A DNA stretch of 64,000 nucleotides from Rhina ancylostomus (Eukaryota), in the NCBI GenBank assembly GCA_030265395.1, contig JARFYF010000057.1:21458486-21522485 (forward strand), in the 5' to 3' direction. Of the stretch, positions 63,595 to 64,000 are shown in pieces. Position 1 is the stretch's first letter. Each line of letters begins with the position of its first letter. Below the pieces are notes generated by a model, which had not been told where the DNA came from, did not search any database, and saw only the letters and a program-made list of their open reading frames with translations. Both the position numbers and the translations under genes were made by a program.

Positions 63595-64000
63595 TTGTGA
63601 AGCACTCAGCAGGTCAGGCAGCATCTGTAGGGATAGAAATGGTGTCAACATTCCAGAACAATGAACCTTAATCTCAGTTGGAGCACAGAAAAAAATTTGC
63701 TTTCAAGCTGTGGAGGGGGAGGAGGGTGGAGAGAATGATGGGAACGTCTCCGATGGATGGAGACCATCGTTATCAGGGTAACGTAATTGCTTTTGGTGCC
63801 TTCTGGTCAGTAGATGCAGAAAGGCAGTTAAAGAACAAACAAAAAATCTTGGAACTGTGAAACACAACACAGCAGCTTCTGGAAAGCTAAAAGGGAAGGG
63901 AACACTGAAAAATGCCCAGCAGATTAGGTAGCATTGATTGGTTCTGATGTAAACAAAGGCTGGTGAACTGAAATTGTTGAATTTGATATCAAATACTAGG
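63595..64000 (-). mobile_element. Penelope-like fragment
   Basis: GCACTCAGCAGGTCAGGCAGCATCTGTAG terminal motif; the window ends in CTGAAATTGTTGAATTTGATAT, similar to 6402-6425. Confidence 0.65.

Noticed and set aside
59951-64000. Search for TLE exon 5 (AEIVKRLN or TEIAKRLN)
   Set aside because: No matching sequence seen; GCTGAGATCC at about 63561 lacks an acceptor and does not continue in frame.
1-64000. CRISPR arrays, operons or prokaryotic defence systems
   Set aside because: Vertebrate intron-exon DNA; no regularly spaced repeats or bacterial gene organisation.

Overview
Eukaryotic genomic DNA. The repeat content (CR1/HER LINE tails, HE1-type V-SINEs, DeuSINEs, Penelope termini) indicates a cartilaginous fish, probably a batoid; this is an inference. 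The only clear host gene is the 5' part of a Groucho/TLE co-repressor on the + strand, most similar to TLE5/AES. It has a CpG-rich promoter at about 17.6-18.5 kb and four coding exons (24, 98, 64 and 45 nt, all GT-AG) that splice in frame to the Q domain [77 protein letters not shown]. The gene continues beyond the window. The rest is upstream or intronic DNA filled with decayed retroelements (CR1, L2, Rex/Babar, RTE, Vingi/Ingi-like, Penelope, two Gypsy relics, V-SINE, DeuSINE and LF-SINE-like copies), a few AT-rich blocks resembling conserved non-coding elements, and assembly gaps. Almost all ORFs in the supplied track are spurious or transposon-derived. Repeat families were recognised from remembered consensus motifs, not from a search, and their boundaries are approximate. 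I found no convincing novel biological system; the findings are leads of modest to moderate interest.
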